From the IMG/VR virus record IMGVR_UViG_3300045996_003734, positions 32,001-96,000 of that record: a DNA stretch of 64,000 nucleotides. One strand, written 5' to 3'. The notes below the pieces were generated by a model. It was given only the letters and a program-made list of their open reading frames with translations, was not told the origin of the DNA and ran no database searches. Below are positions 1-9,440 of the stretch, in pieces. Source of the DNA: a virus. A program made the translations under genes and the position numbers. Positions within the stretch are counted from its first letter, which is position 1; each line of letters opens with the position of its first letter.

Positions 1-114
1 GACCCGCTCGGCTTGGTGGGCGGCTCGGACGGCGCGCTCGAAGTCGTCCCCTTGGTCTTCGGAAGCCATGGGAAGGCGCTGGCCTGGGATACCGGGAGCG
101 TTCGGAGGTGCCAT
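1..114 (-). CDS. 5' part of a membrane-anchored coiled-coil protein (homologue of 61912-62376), truncated by the window
   Basis: MAPPNAPGIPGQRLPMASEDQGDDFERAVRAAHQAE matches the N-terminus of 61912-62376. Confidence 0.8.
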   Translation of the reverse strand, partial: MAPPNAPGIPGQRLPMASEDQGDDFERAVRAAHQAERV

Positions 115-118
115 GACG

Positions 119-385
119 TCACTTGGCCGCAGCGGCGATCGCGCAAACGAAGCTCACTAGAGCGGCTGCCACGCCGATCAGGGCCGGCAGCCACCGCTCC
201 TGACGCATGGTCCGCACTTCCTGCTTCAGGGCTTTGTGTTCCTGGAACATCTGCAGACTGATGTCATGGGAGCGCTCGGCGTAGACCTTCGTCTGTCGGG
301 CCTCGTCCTCCGTGCGTGTGCACGACGCCAGAATCAGATCGAGGGTGTCTTTTCGGTCGGTCGGCGTCTTGTCGTCATCGCTCAT
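119..385 (-). CDS. 88-aa coiled-coil protein with a C-terminal TM helix (lysis-associated, holin/XhlA-like)
   Basis: MSDDDKTPTDRK...WLPALIGVAAALVSFVCAIAAAAK; overlaps endolysin end; conserved in copy 2. Confidence 0.7.
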   Translation of the reverse strand: MSDDDKTPTDRKDTLDLILASCTRTEDEARQTKVYAERSHDISLQMFQEHKALKQEVRTMRQERWLPALIGVAAALVSFVCAIAAAAK

Positions 386-1238
386 TGGCGTAGGGCTCCG
401 AATCGGGGGCGAGCTCGCTGGGGTCGGTGTCGCTCGCAGCCTGGGACGCGAGACGCGCGTGCTCGCGCAGGTTCGCGCCAGCCATCCCGACAGCGTTCTG
501 GATGTGCTCCCAGTGGCTCGCCTGGAGGTGCTCCAGCAAGTCCTCCAAACCGTCGTCGCTATCCTTGGACGCAGGCGGAAGCGTGCTGTTGACCACCGGC
601 TCCACGGCGCCGATGAGCGGCAGCTCGCCAAGCAGGCGGTTCTGGTCGAGCACGGGGGCCTTGGAGTCGTAACCGCCGGGGCCGTTCGGGTCGTACGGCG
701 CGACGCGGTGCTGCCAGATGGTGGCTTCCTTGCCGCCTGGGGTCGCGGGCTTGGCCGCGCCCGTGTAGTGCGCAACCCAGAGCGGGCGGTCGAGCAGCCA
801 CGCTGGCTTGCCGAGCATCCCGAACTCGCGCTGCGTGATGTACACGAGCGCATCGCCGTACTCCGCCACCAGCTCGTCGAGGATGTGCTTCACGCCGTCC
901 TGCCACGCGGGCGAGACGTGAGCGCCCGGTTTGGGCATCGGGTCGGCCTCAACGTCGAGCGCCGGCACGATGTCCCCTGCCCCGATGTTGGCGAGCCGCA
1001 GCTGCTCACGAAAGACGGCGAGCTGGTCAGCGGCGTCCTGGCTTGGGCGGAAGAAGTGGTAGAGGCCGACCTTGAGCCCGACGGCGCGAGCCCGCTTCAC
1101 GTGCTCGGCCGTGACGCGGTCCTTCATCAGGCCGTAGCTGCCGCGAACGATGCAGAAGCTCGAGCTCTGGGCGAAGGTCCCCCACGCGAGCGAGGCCGGG
1201 TGCTGGTGGTGCGACACGTCGACGCCGTAGTTCTTCAC
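375..1238 (-). CDS. Endolysin, GH25 muramidase
   Basis: YGVDVSHHQ, GLYHFF, PALDVE (DxE), LWVAHY and IWQH motifs. Confidence 0.92.
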   Translation of the reverse strand: MKNYGVDVSHHQHPASLAWGTFAQSSSFCIVRGSYGLMKDRVTAEHVKRARAVGLKVGLYHFFRPSQDAADQLAVFREQLRLANIGAGDIVPALDVEADPMPKPGAHVSPAWQDGVKHILDELVAEYGDALVYITQREFGMLGKPAWLLDRPLWVAHYTGAAKPATPGGKEATIWQHRVAPYDPNGPGGYDSKAPVLDQNRLLGELPLIGAVEPVVNSTLPPASKDSDDGLEDLLEHLQASHWEHIQNAVGMAGANLREHARLASQAASDTDPSELAPDSEPYANER

Positions 1239-1738
1239 GCCGCGGAGTCCTTCCCGGTGAGCTTCTCGATCTGCCCCGCGAGCCAGCGCTCGAAGGATTT
1301 CGGGTCTCGCCGGCAGCGCTCGAGCGTGGCCTGGACCTCGACCAGCACAGCGAAGCGGACGCCCGAGTGCTCGTGCTGCTTGCGCTCCTGAAGCGCTGCT
1401 CGACGGTCCAGCGGCGCCGGCTCGATGCCCGCCTTACGCACCGTGGCGCGGGCGCTGTAGACCTTCGCGTTGCCGCGGCAGCGCGAGCAGGTCTTGAGCG
1501 CGTCGTCGTCGCGCTCGCCGCCGCACTTGCACCGGCCCTCGCGAGCGTACTGCGCACGGCGCTCGGCCAGCTGGAGGCGGGCGTGGGTGCGCGCCGCCAG
1601 CTGCGAGGCCGCGGCTGCGGTCTTGGCAGCGAAGAAGAACACGCCTCCCTTGGCGTCGCCCTTGCTCGCCACCGGCCTGCAGTCGGTGACCTTGCCCGCG
1701 CCGTCGACGGTGACGCGGAACCAGCTCCTGGTTTTCAT
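1235..1738 (-). CDS. Hypothetical Zn-finger protein (CxC...CxxC)
   Basis: MKTRSWF start; conserved in copy 2 (63497-64000). Confidence 0.75.
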   Translation of the reverse strand: MKTRSWFRVTVDGAGKVTDCRPVASKGDAKGGVFFFAAKTAAAASQLAARTHARLQLAERRAQYAREGRCKCGGERDDDALKTCSRCRGNAKVYSARATVRKAGIEPAPLDRRAALQERKQHEHSGVRFAVLVEVQATLERCRRDPKSFERWLAGQIEKLTGKDSAA

Positions 1739-1950
1739 CAGACGCCGCTTCCCGGCACCTTGCCGCCGCCCAGATCGGGGCGACGGTAGGCCTGTTTGGA
1801 CGCCGCCATCACGGTCGCCTTCTCGACTGCGGATGCCGGGTCGCGGTGGCTGAGCAGCGCGTTGATGAGCGCCTCCAGCGCGGACTCGCCTACCCTTTTC
1901 GCGAGCTCCACGGTCGCAAGCTCGAGCGGCTCCGGAAGCTTCACTTGCAC
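1738..1950 (-). CDS. Small hypothetical protein
   Basis: GAGGAG RBS before GTG; coupled to neighbours. Confidence 0.5.
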   Translation of the reverse strand: MQVKLPEPLELATVELAKRVGESALEALINALLSHRDPASAVEKATVMAASKQAYRRPDLGGGKVPGSGV

Positions 1951-2582
1951 CGCTCCTCGACCCAACGATCACACTCCGCGACGATGGCCTTGCAGCCGGG
2001 AGTCGCGTCGCATTTGTCGTCGGGCAGGTTCGGGAACTTCGACTGCCGGCGCGCCGCGCACTTGGTGTTGTGAAGGGCTAGCGGCCCCGTCGCGTAGTCT
2101 TCGGTGGAGCAGGGCTCCGCGTCTGGACGGCAAGCCACCGCGCACAGCGCCGCCAACCCGAACAGCACCAAGCTCAGCATGTGCAGCACCAAGAGCGTCG
2201 GAGGCTTCATCCTGCCGACCTCCCCGCGGTAGGGCACCCAAGGCACGGCCTTCAGCACCTCGTGCGCCAGCGCTGCGAGCGCGCCGAAGACGGCGCCCTT
2301 GATGGTGGCGCTCACGTCGCCGCCCGTGCTGAGCGCGAGCGTCGTCATGCCGAGGAGCGTGCCCGGCAAGGCCTGCCAGAACTTGCTCAGCACCAGCAGA
2401 ACCGGCGCGGCATCGATTACCGGCACCGGCACGACGCTGGCGAACGCCTCCCACGCACGGGGGAAGAGCTTCCGGAACGCATAGACCACCACGAGCACAG
2501 CCAGCACCAGCAGAGCGCGAGGCACCGCCGGGTCGACGTTTACGGACAGCCACGCGACGGCGGCCTTGAGCTGCGAGAGCAT
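1941..2582 (-). CDS. Holin-like multi-TM protein with a C-terminal Cys-rich lipoprotein-like part
   Basis: Several hydrophobic helices; internal MKPPTLL...AVAC lipobox-like signal; lysis cluster. Confidence 0.6.
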   Translation of the reverse strand: MLSQLKAAVAWLSVNVDPAVPRALLVLAVLVVVYAFRKLFPRAWEAFASVVPVPVIDAAPVLLVLSKFWQALPGTLLGMTTLALSTGGDVSATIKGAVFGALAALAHEVLKAVPWVPYRGEVGRMKPPTLLVLHMLSLVLFGLAALCAVACRPDAEPCSTEDYATGPLALHNTKCAARRQSKFPNLPDDKCDATPGCKAIVAECDRWVEERCK

Positions 2583-2616
2583 GCGCCAGCGTGGCGGCGC
2601 GGCGCCGGCCTGACCC

Positions 2617-2976
2617 CTAGACGGGCTTCGGCGCCTCGAGCATCTCGCCCTCGACGGTGAGGTTGAGCGAGCCCCACCAGCGGTTGTGCGCCACCTCGCG
2701 CAGCGTCACCACGAACGGCCCGCCCTCCTGCGGCGTGAAGATGATCGCGCTCGGCGCTGCCTTCGTGTACTCGCGGCGCACGTAGCTCTGCGCGCTCGGC
2801 CCCTGCACCTCGAGCACGAGCGGCAGCATGACGCCCTCCGGCAGAGCCCGCTTGTAGCTCACGGTGAGCAGCAGCGGTCGACCGGCAGCTACCTTGGCGC
2901 CGAGCTCCACCGCCAAGTCGAAGCGCTTGTCGCGGACGTAGGCCGGCGACAGCTCGTCGATGGTCCGTTCAGCCAT
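2617..2976 (-). CDS. Hypothetical beta-rich virion-associated protein
   Basis: Coupled ORF after the tail fibre gene. Confidence 0.65.
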   Translation of the reverse strand: MAERTIDELSPAYVRDKRFDLAVELGAKVAAGRPLLLTVSYKRALPEGVMLPLVLEVQGPSAQSYVRREYTKAAPSAIIFTPQEGGPFVVTLREVAHNRWWGSLNLTVEGEMLEAPKPV

Positions 2977-3349
2977 TGCCCACGTCCAGCTCGATGTGCT
3001 CGTTTCCGCCGTCGGGGCGGCGGATCCGGATGGTGTGGTGCCCGACGCGGTCGGCAGTAAACGTCACTCGGGACGAGTACCCGAGCGGATGCTCGAGCTT
3101 CGCGGCGGGAGCGTTGGGCGCCTCGGTCACCGCGGCCACGAAGAGTCGACCGCCGAGCGCCGCATCCGCGGGCCCTACCACGCCACCCACCACCGCCTGG
3201 AGCACCACGGGCACTCCGACGGTCGCGACGTAGCGCTTCATGGGGCGCCCCGCGCGCGCGTTCAGGCGGCTGGGCCGCGCCGAGGTGGCGGGGTCCAGCC
3301 AATCGCTAACGATGACGCCGCTGGTCACGCGAACGGTGAAGTCGGCCAC
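2969..3349 (-). CDS. Hypothetical beta-rich virion-associated protein
   Basis: Coupled ORF after the tail fibre gene. Confidence 0.65.
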   Translation of the reverse strand: MADFTVRVTSGVIVSDWLDPATSARPSRLNARAGRPMKRYVATVGVPVVLQAVVGGVVGPADAALGGRLFVAAVTEAPNAPAAKLEHPLGYSSRVTFTADRVGHHTIRIRRPDGGNEHIELDVGNG

Positions 3350-4465
3350 CTAGAAGCCCGAGCCGATCGTGAGGTAGGTGGAGACGTCGTCTCCGTACAG
3401 CAGCTGCCGACCGTTCGCCGCCAGCATGGCGTCCGCCGAAGCCGGGAAGAATCCCGCAGCGAACTTCCACGACGCGCCCGCGTCCTGGCTGTAGAGCATC
3501 ATGTTCCCGGACACGAAGCTCGAGCTGACGAAGACGTAGACGGTGCGACCGAACGCGACGGCCATCGTGTCCAAGCCCAAGCTGAAGGTGCCGCTGTTCG
3601 GCGGCAGCGTGAAGGCCTGATTGGTCCAAGTGATGCCGTCGGTCGACACCGCCACCGCAACCATTCCCGCACCGCCGCCCTCGCCGATCGCGACGTACTT
3701 CTCGAGCTGCGGAATGTAGACGACGTTGGTCCAGGCCTGCGAGGAGGGGAGCGTCCGCTCGAGCCAGTTGATGCCGTCCACGGAGTGGATGAGCTTGTTC
3801 GTGGTTGCGCTCGAGGTGATCACGATCCCGCCGCTCGAGCCGTTGACCGGGCCGACGGCCATGCTGATGCGCGGGTTGTTGTTCGGGACCGTCCGCGAGG
3901 TGAAGGTGAGCGCGTCCGCTGATGTCTCGACGACGCCGGTACCCTCGTGGCCCGCGACCCAGAGCCCGAGTTGCGCGACCCACTTCAGGCACGCCACGGC
4001 CGTCGTGTTCGTCTGCGAGCTCACCGTGGTGGCCATCGTGGACGTGAAGCACGTGGGGAACCGCACATACTTCTTGTTGCTCGAGGCTCCGGGAAGGCCA
4101 CCGACAAGCCCGACCCCAGCCGTTGGATTGAAGTCGGCTGCGCGTTTCCGCGCTCTGAGCGCGCTGATAGACGCAGTGTTGATGATGGTTAGAGCGCCCG
4201 AGCTACCGAGCAGCACCCGAGCGCGTGGGTTGGCGCCGTTTACGTCGACGGTCACCCACACGTCCGAGACGGAGTTGTAGAACGCCGCGAGTCCCGGCGC
4301 GGCTTGCGGCGGCCCCCAGTTTTTGAACGCCGCGACGTCGGTCCACACGGCGCCGTCCGCGGCTTGCGCCTGCTGCTCGTCCAGCTTGTTCAGGTCGCTG
4401 TGCGTGGGGACCTGGTTGTTCACGACGCCACCCGGCCAAACCAACGAAAACGGCCACTTTGCCAT
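3350..4465 (-). CDS. Tail fibre/receptor-binding protein with Asp-box (BNR) beta-propeller repeats
   Basis: SVDGINW, STDGITW and SQDAGASW repeats; follows baseplate genes; start MAKWPF. Confidence 0.7.
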   Translation of the reverse strand: MAKWPFSLVWPGGVVNNQVPTHSDLNKLDEQQAQAADGAVWTDVAAFKNWGPPQAAPGLAAFYNSVSDVWVTVDVNGANPRARVLLGSSGALTIINTASISALRARKRAADFNPTAGVGLVGGLPGASSNKKYVRFPTCFTSTMATTVSSQTNTTAVACLKWVAQLGLWVAGHEGTGVVETSADALTFTSRTVPNNNPRISMAVGPVNGSSGGIVITSSATTNKLIHSVDGINWLERTLPSSQAWTNVVYIPQLEKYVAIGEGGGAGMVAVAVSTDGITWTNQAFTLPPNSGTFSLGLDTMAVAFGRTVYVFVSSSFVSGNMMLYSQDAGASWKFAAGFFPASADAMLAANGRQLLYGDDVSTYLTIGSGF

Positions 4466-5193
4466 CAGCCTACTCCTCCAAATCCAATCGGGGTGACGCC
4501 CACATGCCACCGCCCAGGGGTTGCGTCGGCGCCGCTATCGACGGCGATCGAAAAGTCACTAGTGGTCGGCAGCGCGTCGCGCAGCACGGCTCGCGCGCGT
4601 TCCACGATCGCGAGCTCAGCGCTCGTGAGCGGCCCCGTGTGCCCGACAGCGAAAAGCACGCGCACGACCTGGTCCGACGAGTACGCCGGGCACTGCACGT
4701 GGCCTCGCTCGAGCACGAAGGGCGGCTCCTCGAGATCCGTCGCGAGCGGACCGAACACCCGCCCGTCTTGCACGGTGGCCGCCTGCTCGTGCGGAGACTC
4801 GATGATCGAGAACCGCGGGTCCACAGCGTCCAGGCGCTCTGCGAGGGTGGGCGTGTCGCTCGCAGCGCGCTTCGTCCACGCCTCGGTAACCACCACCCGA
4901 CGCTGCGCCTCGGTGGCGTTCGTCTCCGGGATGATGCCGAGGATGCGCTCGTAATAGGTCAGCAGGTCCGTCGCGAGGTGCGGGAAGGCCTGCAGTAGAG
5001 CGCGCCGGCAGTGGCTCGCTCCTGCAGCCAGCCCCTTCGCCTCGGAGCGCCGCCACAGTCCTTCAATTCCGCGGTCGTTGGGTGCGCTGCCACCCTCCCC
5101 GACCGCTTGGCGCAGCGTCTCGTACGCGCGCTGCGTCGGCGTAGGCCCGCCGCCGACGCGAAACGGCAGCGGGTTGTTGCTGCCCAACGGCAT
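4465..5193 (-). CDS. Baseplate wedge protein (Mu gp48/P2 gpI-like)
   Basis: FPHLATDLLTYYERILGI...TEAQRR signature; downstream of baseplate J. Confidence 0.75.
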   Translation of the reverse strand: MPLGSNNPLPFRVGGGPTPTQRAYETLRQAVGEGGSAPNDRGIEGLWRRSEAKGLAAGASHCRRALLQAFPHLATDLLTYYERILGIIPETNATEAQRRVVVTEAWTKRAASDTPTLAERLDAVDPRFSIIESPHEQAATVQDGRVFGPLATDLEEPPFVLERGHVQCPAYSSDQVVRVLFAVGHTGPLTSAELAIVERARAVLRDALPTTSDFSIAVDSGADATPGRWHVGVTPIGFGGVG

Positions 5194-5687
5194 CAGAACA
5201 CCTCGAGCCAGAACGGATGGTCGACGCCCGTGCCCGCGGCGTCCCACAAGCGCACGTTGATCAAGAGCGGGTTGCCGGCATCGCGCCACGCGTGCGCCTC
5301 GATGCGCTGCGAGAACGAACTCAGGTCGCGGTGGCAGGTCACCCGCGCCGCGAACAGGACCGTCGCAATGTCGACGCTCTCCTGGTCCTTGTAACTTGCG
5401 GCGAAAGTATAGGTGTACGCGCCGGCGCCGCTGCGCGCGAGCTCAGGGTGAAGCTGCGCGTTCTCGGGGTTCCACGCCTCGGCCTGGTGAGCGATCTGGA
5501 AGGCGCCTCCCGAGTACGTGGCGATCACCGACGAGCGCGGGACGACAAGGTTCATGCCGGAGACGGCCTGGAAGGCCGCCTCGAACTGCCGCGCACCGAT
5601 GTCCGTCTCCGGGTTTTCGACCGGGATGGTGTCCACGAACTTGGGACCGAGCAGGCTGCGGAGGAAGCGTCGCGGGAAGCTGGACAT
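5193..5687 (-). CDS. Hypothetical baseplate-region protein
   Basis: TGATG coupling on both sides. Confidence 0.7.
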   Translation of the reverse strand: MSSFPRRFLRSLLGPKFVDTIPVENPETDIGARQFEAAFQAVSGMNLVVPRSSVIATYSGGAFQIAHQAEAWNPENAQLHPELARSGAGAYTYTFAASYKDQESVDIATVLFAARVTCHRDLSSFSQRIEAHAWRDAGNPLLINVRLWDAAGTGVDHPFWLEVF

Positions 5688-7285
5688 CAGATCTCGTAGA
5701 GGCCGACGTGCCCGCAGACGAGCATGTTGGGGCCGAGCATGAGGTTGGTCGGATAGGTCGGGATGGTTTGCGAAATGTCCGCGAGCTCGCCGTCCGCGGA
5801 CGAGCCGCCCAGCGCCTCGATGACCCGCGTGGCGAGCACCGCGCCCGCGCGGAAGGGTTGCTCCTCGACAGCGCCGGGGAAGCGTCCGCCGCGCCCGCCG
5901 CGCACGTCCTCGTCGAGGTCGAACAGCTCGCCCGGACCGAGGCCGTCGAAGTAAGCGGTGATAGCGTTCTGCACGAGCGCGGCGCGCGTGTCCTTCAGCG
6001 CGGGGCTGATGCGCTGCCCGACCTGGACTCCGCCATCAGGCTGGGCCGTCAGCTGAACGCGAAAGACCGAGCCGCCTAGGTCGGTGACGGTGTCGACGCT
6101 AAGCGGAAGGAAGCGGGACTGGTCACGGCTCCACAGCATCATCTGGGGAGCGCTGGCTCCGCTGAGCGCTGCGCCAGGGAGCTGAGCCGGCAGCGTCGCA
6201 TCCGCTGGGCACGAGATCGTGAAGTCCGTGTGGCTCGTCCAACCGACCACGCGCGGCGTAGTCGCGTGGTACGAGGGGAAGGGACGCGCATCAACGAAGC
6301 CCGCCGCGCTGCCCTTCTGCAGGCTCATGCGGAGGGCCACGTCGCAGTACTCGGGGTTCCAGCCGGTGACCACGACGAACGCACGCGAGGGGAAGACCGG
6401 CGAGAGCGGCGGCGTGAGGTAAGCGATCGCCGTCGCGAGCGTGCCGGGGCTAGGCTGACGACCGAGCGGCCCCGCCGTCACCCGCTTCTGGGTGATGCTT
6501 ACCAGCGTCGACCCGGCGTAGAACGCACACGGGTAGACGAAGCCTTCGCTGATTGCGTTCGACGCAGCGCGCGCCCACGCCCGAACGTGGGCGTCGTTGC
6601 CGCCACCAGGTCGGTGGCGAATGATGCCGGCGATGCGCGCAGCTTGTTCGGCGTCCGTCTCGCGGTCCGTTCCGCCGGAAAAGTCCTGAGCGACGGTCGC
6701 TTGCGGCCCCATGTTTGGGTCGCGCGAGATCCAGGTGAGCTGTGCTCCCGCGTTCGGGTTCGTCCCGATGCCCACGCCAACGCACTGCATCGTCACCTGC
6801 AGAACGCCCGTTCCGCCGACGACGCCGCCCGTGATCACCTGGTAGACGTTGCCCGCGCCGTCACGTGCCTTATACGCGCTCGCGTCCCCGAGCGTGGTCG
6901 AGCTGAGCACGATGGTCCCCGGCACTGCAGGCACGTTCACCGGCCCGCTGCCGCCGGTGGCGTCCAGCTTCTTCTCGCCCCAAAGGCGAGCGTGGTAGCC
7001 CTCGAGCCACTTCGTCGAAGCGCGCTCGAGCCGAATCTGGTCTGCTAACCAGAGCGCTTTGCGCTGCTCGCTCTGCCCGTAATCGTCGATGGCTTGCGCG
7101 GCGACGTACCAACGCGAACGCGGCTGCGTTGCTCGCTGGATTTCGTCGAACGTGAAGGGCTGGCCGGTCTCGGGATTGTTGAGAGAACGAAGACCCTCCC
7201 GGAAGTTCGCGAGCACCACGCGGTCGCGAATGTGCCCGACTGGCACGATCGCGAATTCCCGGTCGACGGGCGTACCCAACGGCAT
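5687..7285 (-). CDS. Baseplate J/gp47 family protein
   Basis: FSGGTDRETDAEQAARI...RPGGGNDAHVRAWA motif. Confidence 0.9.
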   Translation of the reverse strand: MPLGTPVDREFAIVPVGHIRDRVVLANFREGLRSLNNPETGQPFTFDEIQRATQPRSRWYVAAQAIDDYGQSEQRKALWLADQIRLERASTKWLEGYHARLWGEKKLDATGGSGPVNVPAVPGTIVLSSTTLGDASAYKARDGAGNVYQVITGGVVGGTGVLQVTMQCVGVGIGTNPNAGAQLTWISRDPNMGPQATVAQDFSGGTDRETDAEQAARIAGIIRHRPGGGNDAHVRAWARAASNAISEGFVYPCAFYAGSTLVSITQKRVTAGPLGRQPSPGTLATAIAYLTPPLSPVFPSRAFVVVTGWNPEYCDVALRMSLQKGSAAGFVDARPFPSYHATTPRVVGWTSHTDFTISCPADATLPAQLPGAALSGASAPQMMLWSRDQSRFLPLSVDTVTDLGGSVFRVQLTAQPDGGVQVGQRISPALKDTRAALVQNAITAYFDGLGPGELFDLDEDVRGGRGGRFPGAVEEQPFRAGAVLATRVIEALGGSSADGELADISQTIPTYPTNLMLGPNMLVCGHVGLYEI

Positions 7286-7740
7286 CAGCTCACCGCCCTT
7301 CCGAGCAGCTGATTCAACGCCAGCGGCACCATGCGCGCCTGGCTCCGCGCGACGTTGAAGTAGTGCACTTGGATTTCAACGGTGTCGCCCACCTCGACGT
7401 ACTCGACGCGCTCAAGCGAGATCTGCTTCGTGCTCGTCAGGTGGTCGAGCGCGAGGCGGACCTCTTCCCGGAAGAACGACTCGAGCTGCGGAGTGATCAG
7501 CTTGGCGTCTCGGAAGTTGTGCCCCACGTCCTCGACCGCGCTACCGGACGCCTTAACCGTCCGCAGCGCCGTGAAGACGGCGGCGTCGGTCGGGTCGAAC
7601 CCGCGCGCAATCGAGAGCAGCTCGCCAGTCGCAAAGTCGACGGGGTCGGCGAGCATGCCGATCGGCTCGCCGGTGGCCACGAAGTTGACCGGCGTGAAGA
7701 AGACAGCCGGCGTTACGCCTGCTTGCGGAAGGAGCGACAC
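7285..7740 (-). CDS. Baseplate W/gp25/gp46-like protein
   Basis: Size, position before J, GS..DVG...EVRLAL pattern. Confidence 0.65.
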   Translation of the reverse strand: MSLLPQAGVTPAVFFTPVNFVATGEPIGMLADPVDFATGELLSIARGFDPTDAAVFTALRTVKASGSAVEDVGHNFRDAKLITPQLESFFREEVRLALDHLTSTKQISLERVEYVEVGDTVEIQVHYFNVARSQARMVPLALNQLLGRAVS

Positions 7741-7768
7741 CTACGGAAGGTAGGCGCGCTCGCCCCGC

Positions 7769-8479
7769 CTAACCTCCCGAGCGACAGCAACCGTGGTAAC
7801 CCGCCGTCGCGTCTTCCCAACCGAGTTGCGTTGGGCAGCTGTCCAGGCACTCCAGAAACGTCGGCTTGCTCTCGTTCTTGCAGGCCCCCTGGAGGCTCGA
7901 CCCGTAGTCGTACGCCGGGTCGAGATAGCAGGAGTCGTAGCAACACCACGCGCTGGCTGCTCCGTCTGGCAGGACTCCAGGAGCTTTCTGGCAGCCGAAC
8001 GTTGGGGCTGTCGTGCGCGAGGCACACGTAATCAGCTTGTCTCGCGCGGGATTCGAACAGCGGAGATCGGCGGTCCGGTCGTAGTTGCAGTCGTAGCTGA
8101 CCGGCGACTCCGCGGTGCCTCCCGTGCCCCCGGTACCGGCCGCCCCTGCCTTGCCGCCGCCACCGCTCCCAGCTGCGCCGGCTAAACCGCCGTTGCCGCC
8201 GCCGCTCCCGCCGGGCTGTCCGGCTTCACCTCCAGCTCCAGCGCCGCCGCCGCCAACCACCACTTCGCCCGCCGCTCCAGCGTCGCTCGGCGTAGTACCT
8301 TTTCCAGCACTGCCGCCTTCGCTCGGTTCACCCGCGCTCGCCATGCCCGCCGCGGAAGGCGCCTCGACGCCCGTGCCGGCTCCGCTCTCGCCGCCATCTT
8401 GCGGAGTAGGCGTCTTTTCCTCGCCCGAACATGCGATGCCGAGCGCGACAGCGAGCAGAGTCCAGGCGCATTTGCCCAT
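7769..8479 (-). CDS. Moron lipoprotein with a Gly-rich linker and a Cys-rich C-terminal domain
   Basis: MGKCAWTLLAVALGIA-C lipobox; GGAG-rich linker; 10 Cys in the C-terminal domain; own promoter. Confidence 0.75.
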   Translation of the reverse strand: MGKCAWTLLAVALGIACSGEEKTPTPQDGGESGAGTGVEAPSAAGMASAGEPSEGGSAGKGTTPSDAGAAGEVVVGGGGAGAGGEAGQPGGSGGGNGGLAGAAGSGGGGKAGAAGTGGTGGTAESPVSYDCNYDRTADLRCSNPARDKLITCASRTTAPTFGCQKAPGVLPDGAASAWCCYDSCYLDPAYDYGSSLQGACKNESKPTFLECLDSCPTQLGWEDATAGYHGCCRSGG

Positions 8480-8486
8480 TCGACAC

Positions 8487-8551
8487 ACGCTAGCCACGCG
8501 CTCCCATCGCGTCAACGGGCGGTTGACGCTGCCGCCGCTAGGCTTTCTCCT
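8487..8551. promoter_or_regulatory. Back-to-back sigma70-like promoters
   Basis: Minus: TTGACG(8515-8510)-17-TAGCGT-7-ATG. Plus: TTGACG(8523-8528)-17-TCTCCT-8-ATG. Confidence 0.6.
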
Positions 8552-8559
8552 GCCAAGTC

Positions 8560-9126
8560 ATGGCCAAGGGGAAAGGCGGCAGCGTCGGCTGCTTCGGACT
8601 TCTCATCTTCACGCTGCCCTTCTGGTGGGCGTACGACAAGTGTACGGGCGGCGACGAGCGGCGCGCTCAAGAGCAGATCGTGGCAGAGACCCAGCAGGTC
8701 GCTCGCCAAGCAGCTGCCGCCGCCCAGGTGCGCCGAGTCGCGCAGGCGAAGGCCGAGCAGGAAGCTGCCCTAGCCGCTGCAAAGGTCGAGGTGCGCCGCG
8801 GCCAACTCGCCCAGCTTGCGGCCTGGAAGCCCTACCAGCGCTCGCAGGCACTCGCGCAGTGCTTCAAGTCGGAGTGTCCCAACGGCGTTCCGGACGAAGC
8901 GGCGCTGCTCGAGTCGGCCAAGAGCGACGCCGAGCGGAAGCAGCTCAGCGCGATGAAGGGCCAACTCGAAAAGGCCCAGGAGCGCGCCGAGAAGGCGGCC
9001 GCTCGCTCGAGCGCAGCGCTTCGGTGCTGCGACGGGTCCCTCTCGCCGAAGTGCACCTGCGGCAACGCTCGCGGCGGCTGCTGCTCGAAGCACGGTGGCG
9101 TCTGCGGCTGCTCTGCCGACGATTAG
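8560..9126 (+). CDS. Moron membrane-anchored protein with a Cys-rich CCSxHGGVC tail (DUF3761-like)
   Basis: N-terminal TM, coiled coil, [29 protein letters not shown]. Confidence 0.75.
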   Translation: MAKGKGGSVGCFGLLIFTLPFWWAYDKCTGGDERRAQEQIVAETQQVARQAAAAAQVRRVAQAKAEQEAALAAAKVEVRRGQLAQLAAWKPYQRSQALAQCFKSECPNGVPDEAALLESAKSDAERKQLSAMKGQLEKAQERAEKAAARSSAALRCCDGSLSPKCTCGNARGGCCSKHGGVCGCSADD

Positions 9127-9440
9127 GGGTCGAGCGGACAGAACAGCGCCGGCAACCCCGGCAGCGACGGGAGCGCGGGCAGCGCCAGCCCCGGCAGGCC
9201 GAATCCCGGCAGAGGCAGCGACGGGAGCCCAGGGAGTGCCGGCAGCGACGGCACCCCAGGGAGACTCGGTAGCGCGGGCAGAGCGAGCCCCGGCAAGCCG
9301 AACCCTGGCAGCGGCAGCGACGGGAGCCCCGGGAGCGGCGGCAGCGCTGGCAAGCCCGGCAGCGCCGGGAGCGAGGGTAGCGCCAGCCCCGGCAAGCCGA
9401 ACCCAGGCAGCGGCAGGGGCGGGAACGCGCAGCGGCTCAC
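9123..9440 (-). CDS. Pro/Leu/Gly repeat protein with terminal cysteines
   Basis: GTGA coupling to the upstream gene; repeat units vary largely at third codon positions. Confidence 0.65.
   Translation of the reverse strand: MSRCAFPPLPLPGFGLPGLALPSLPALPGLPALPPLPGLPSLPLPGFGLPGLALPALPSLPGVPSLPALPGLPSLPLPGFGLPGLALPALPSLPGLPALFCPLDP
9144..9416 (-). repeat. 99-bp tandem coding repeat, about 2.75 copies
   Basis: 33-aa unit beginning [14 protein letters not shown]. Confidence 0.9.

Larger units (their letters stand above)
1..1738. repeat. Diverged direct repeat, copy 1 (lysis module), runs off the window edge
   Basis: Aligns at a constant offset of 62,262 to 62263-64000; same four ORFs. Confidence 0.97.

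Noticed and set aside
9144-9416. CRISPR array
   Set aside because: Degenerate in-frame coding repeat without unique spacers; no cas genes
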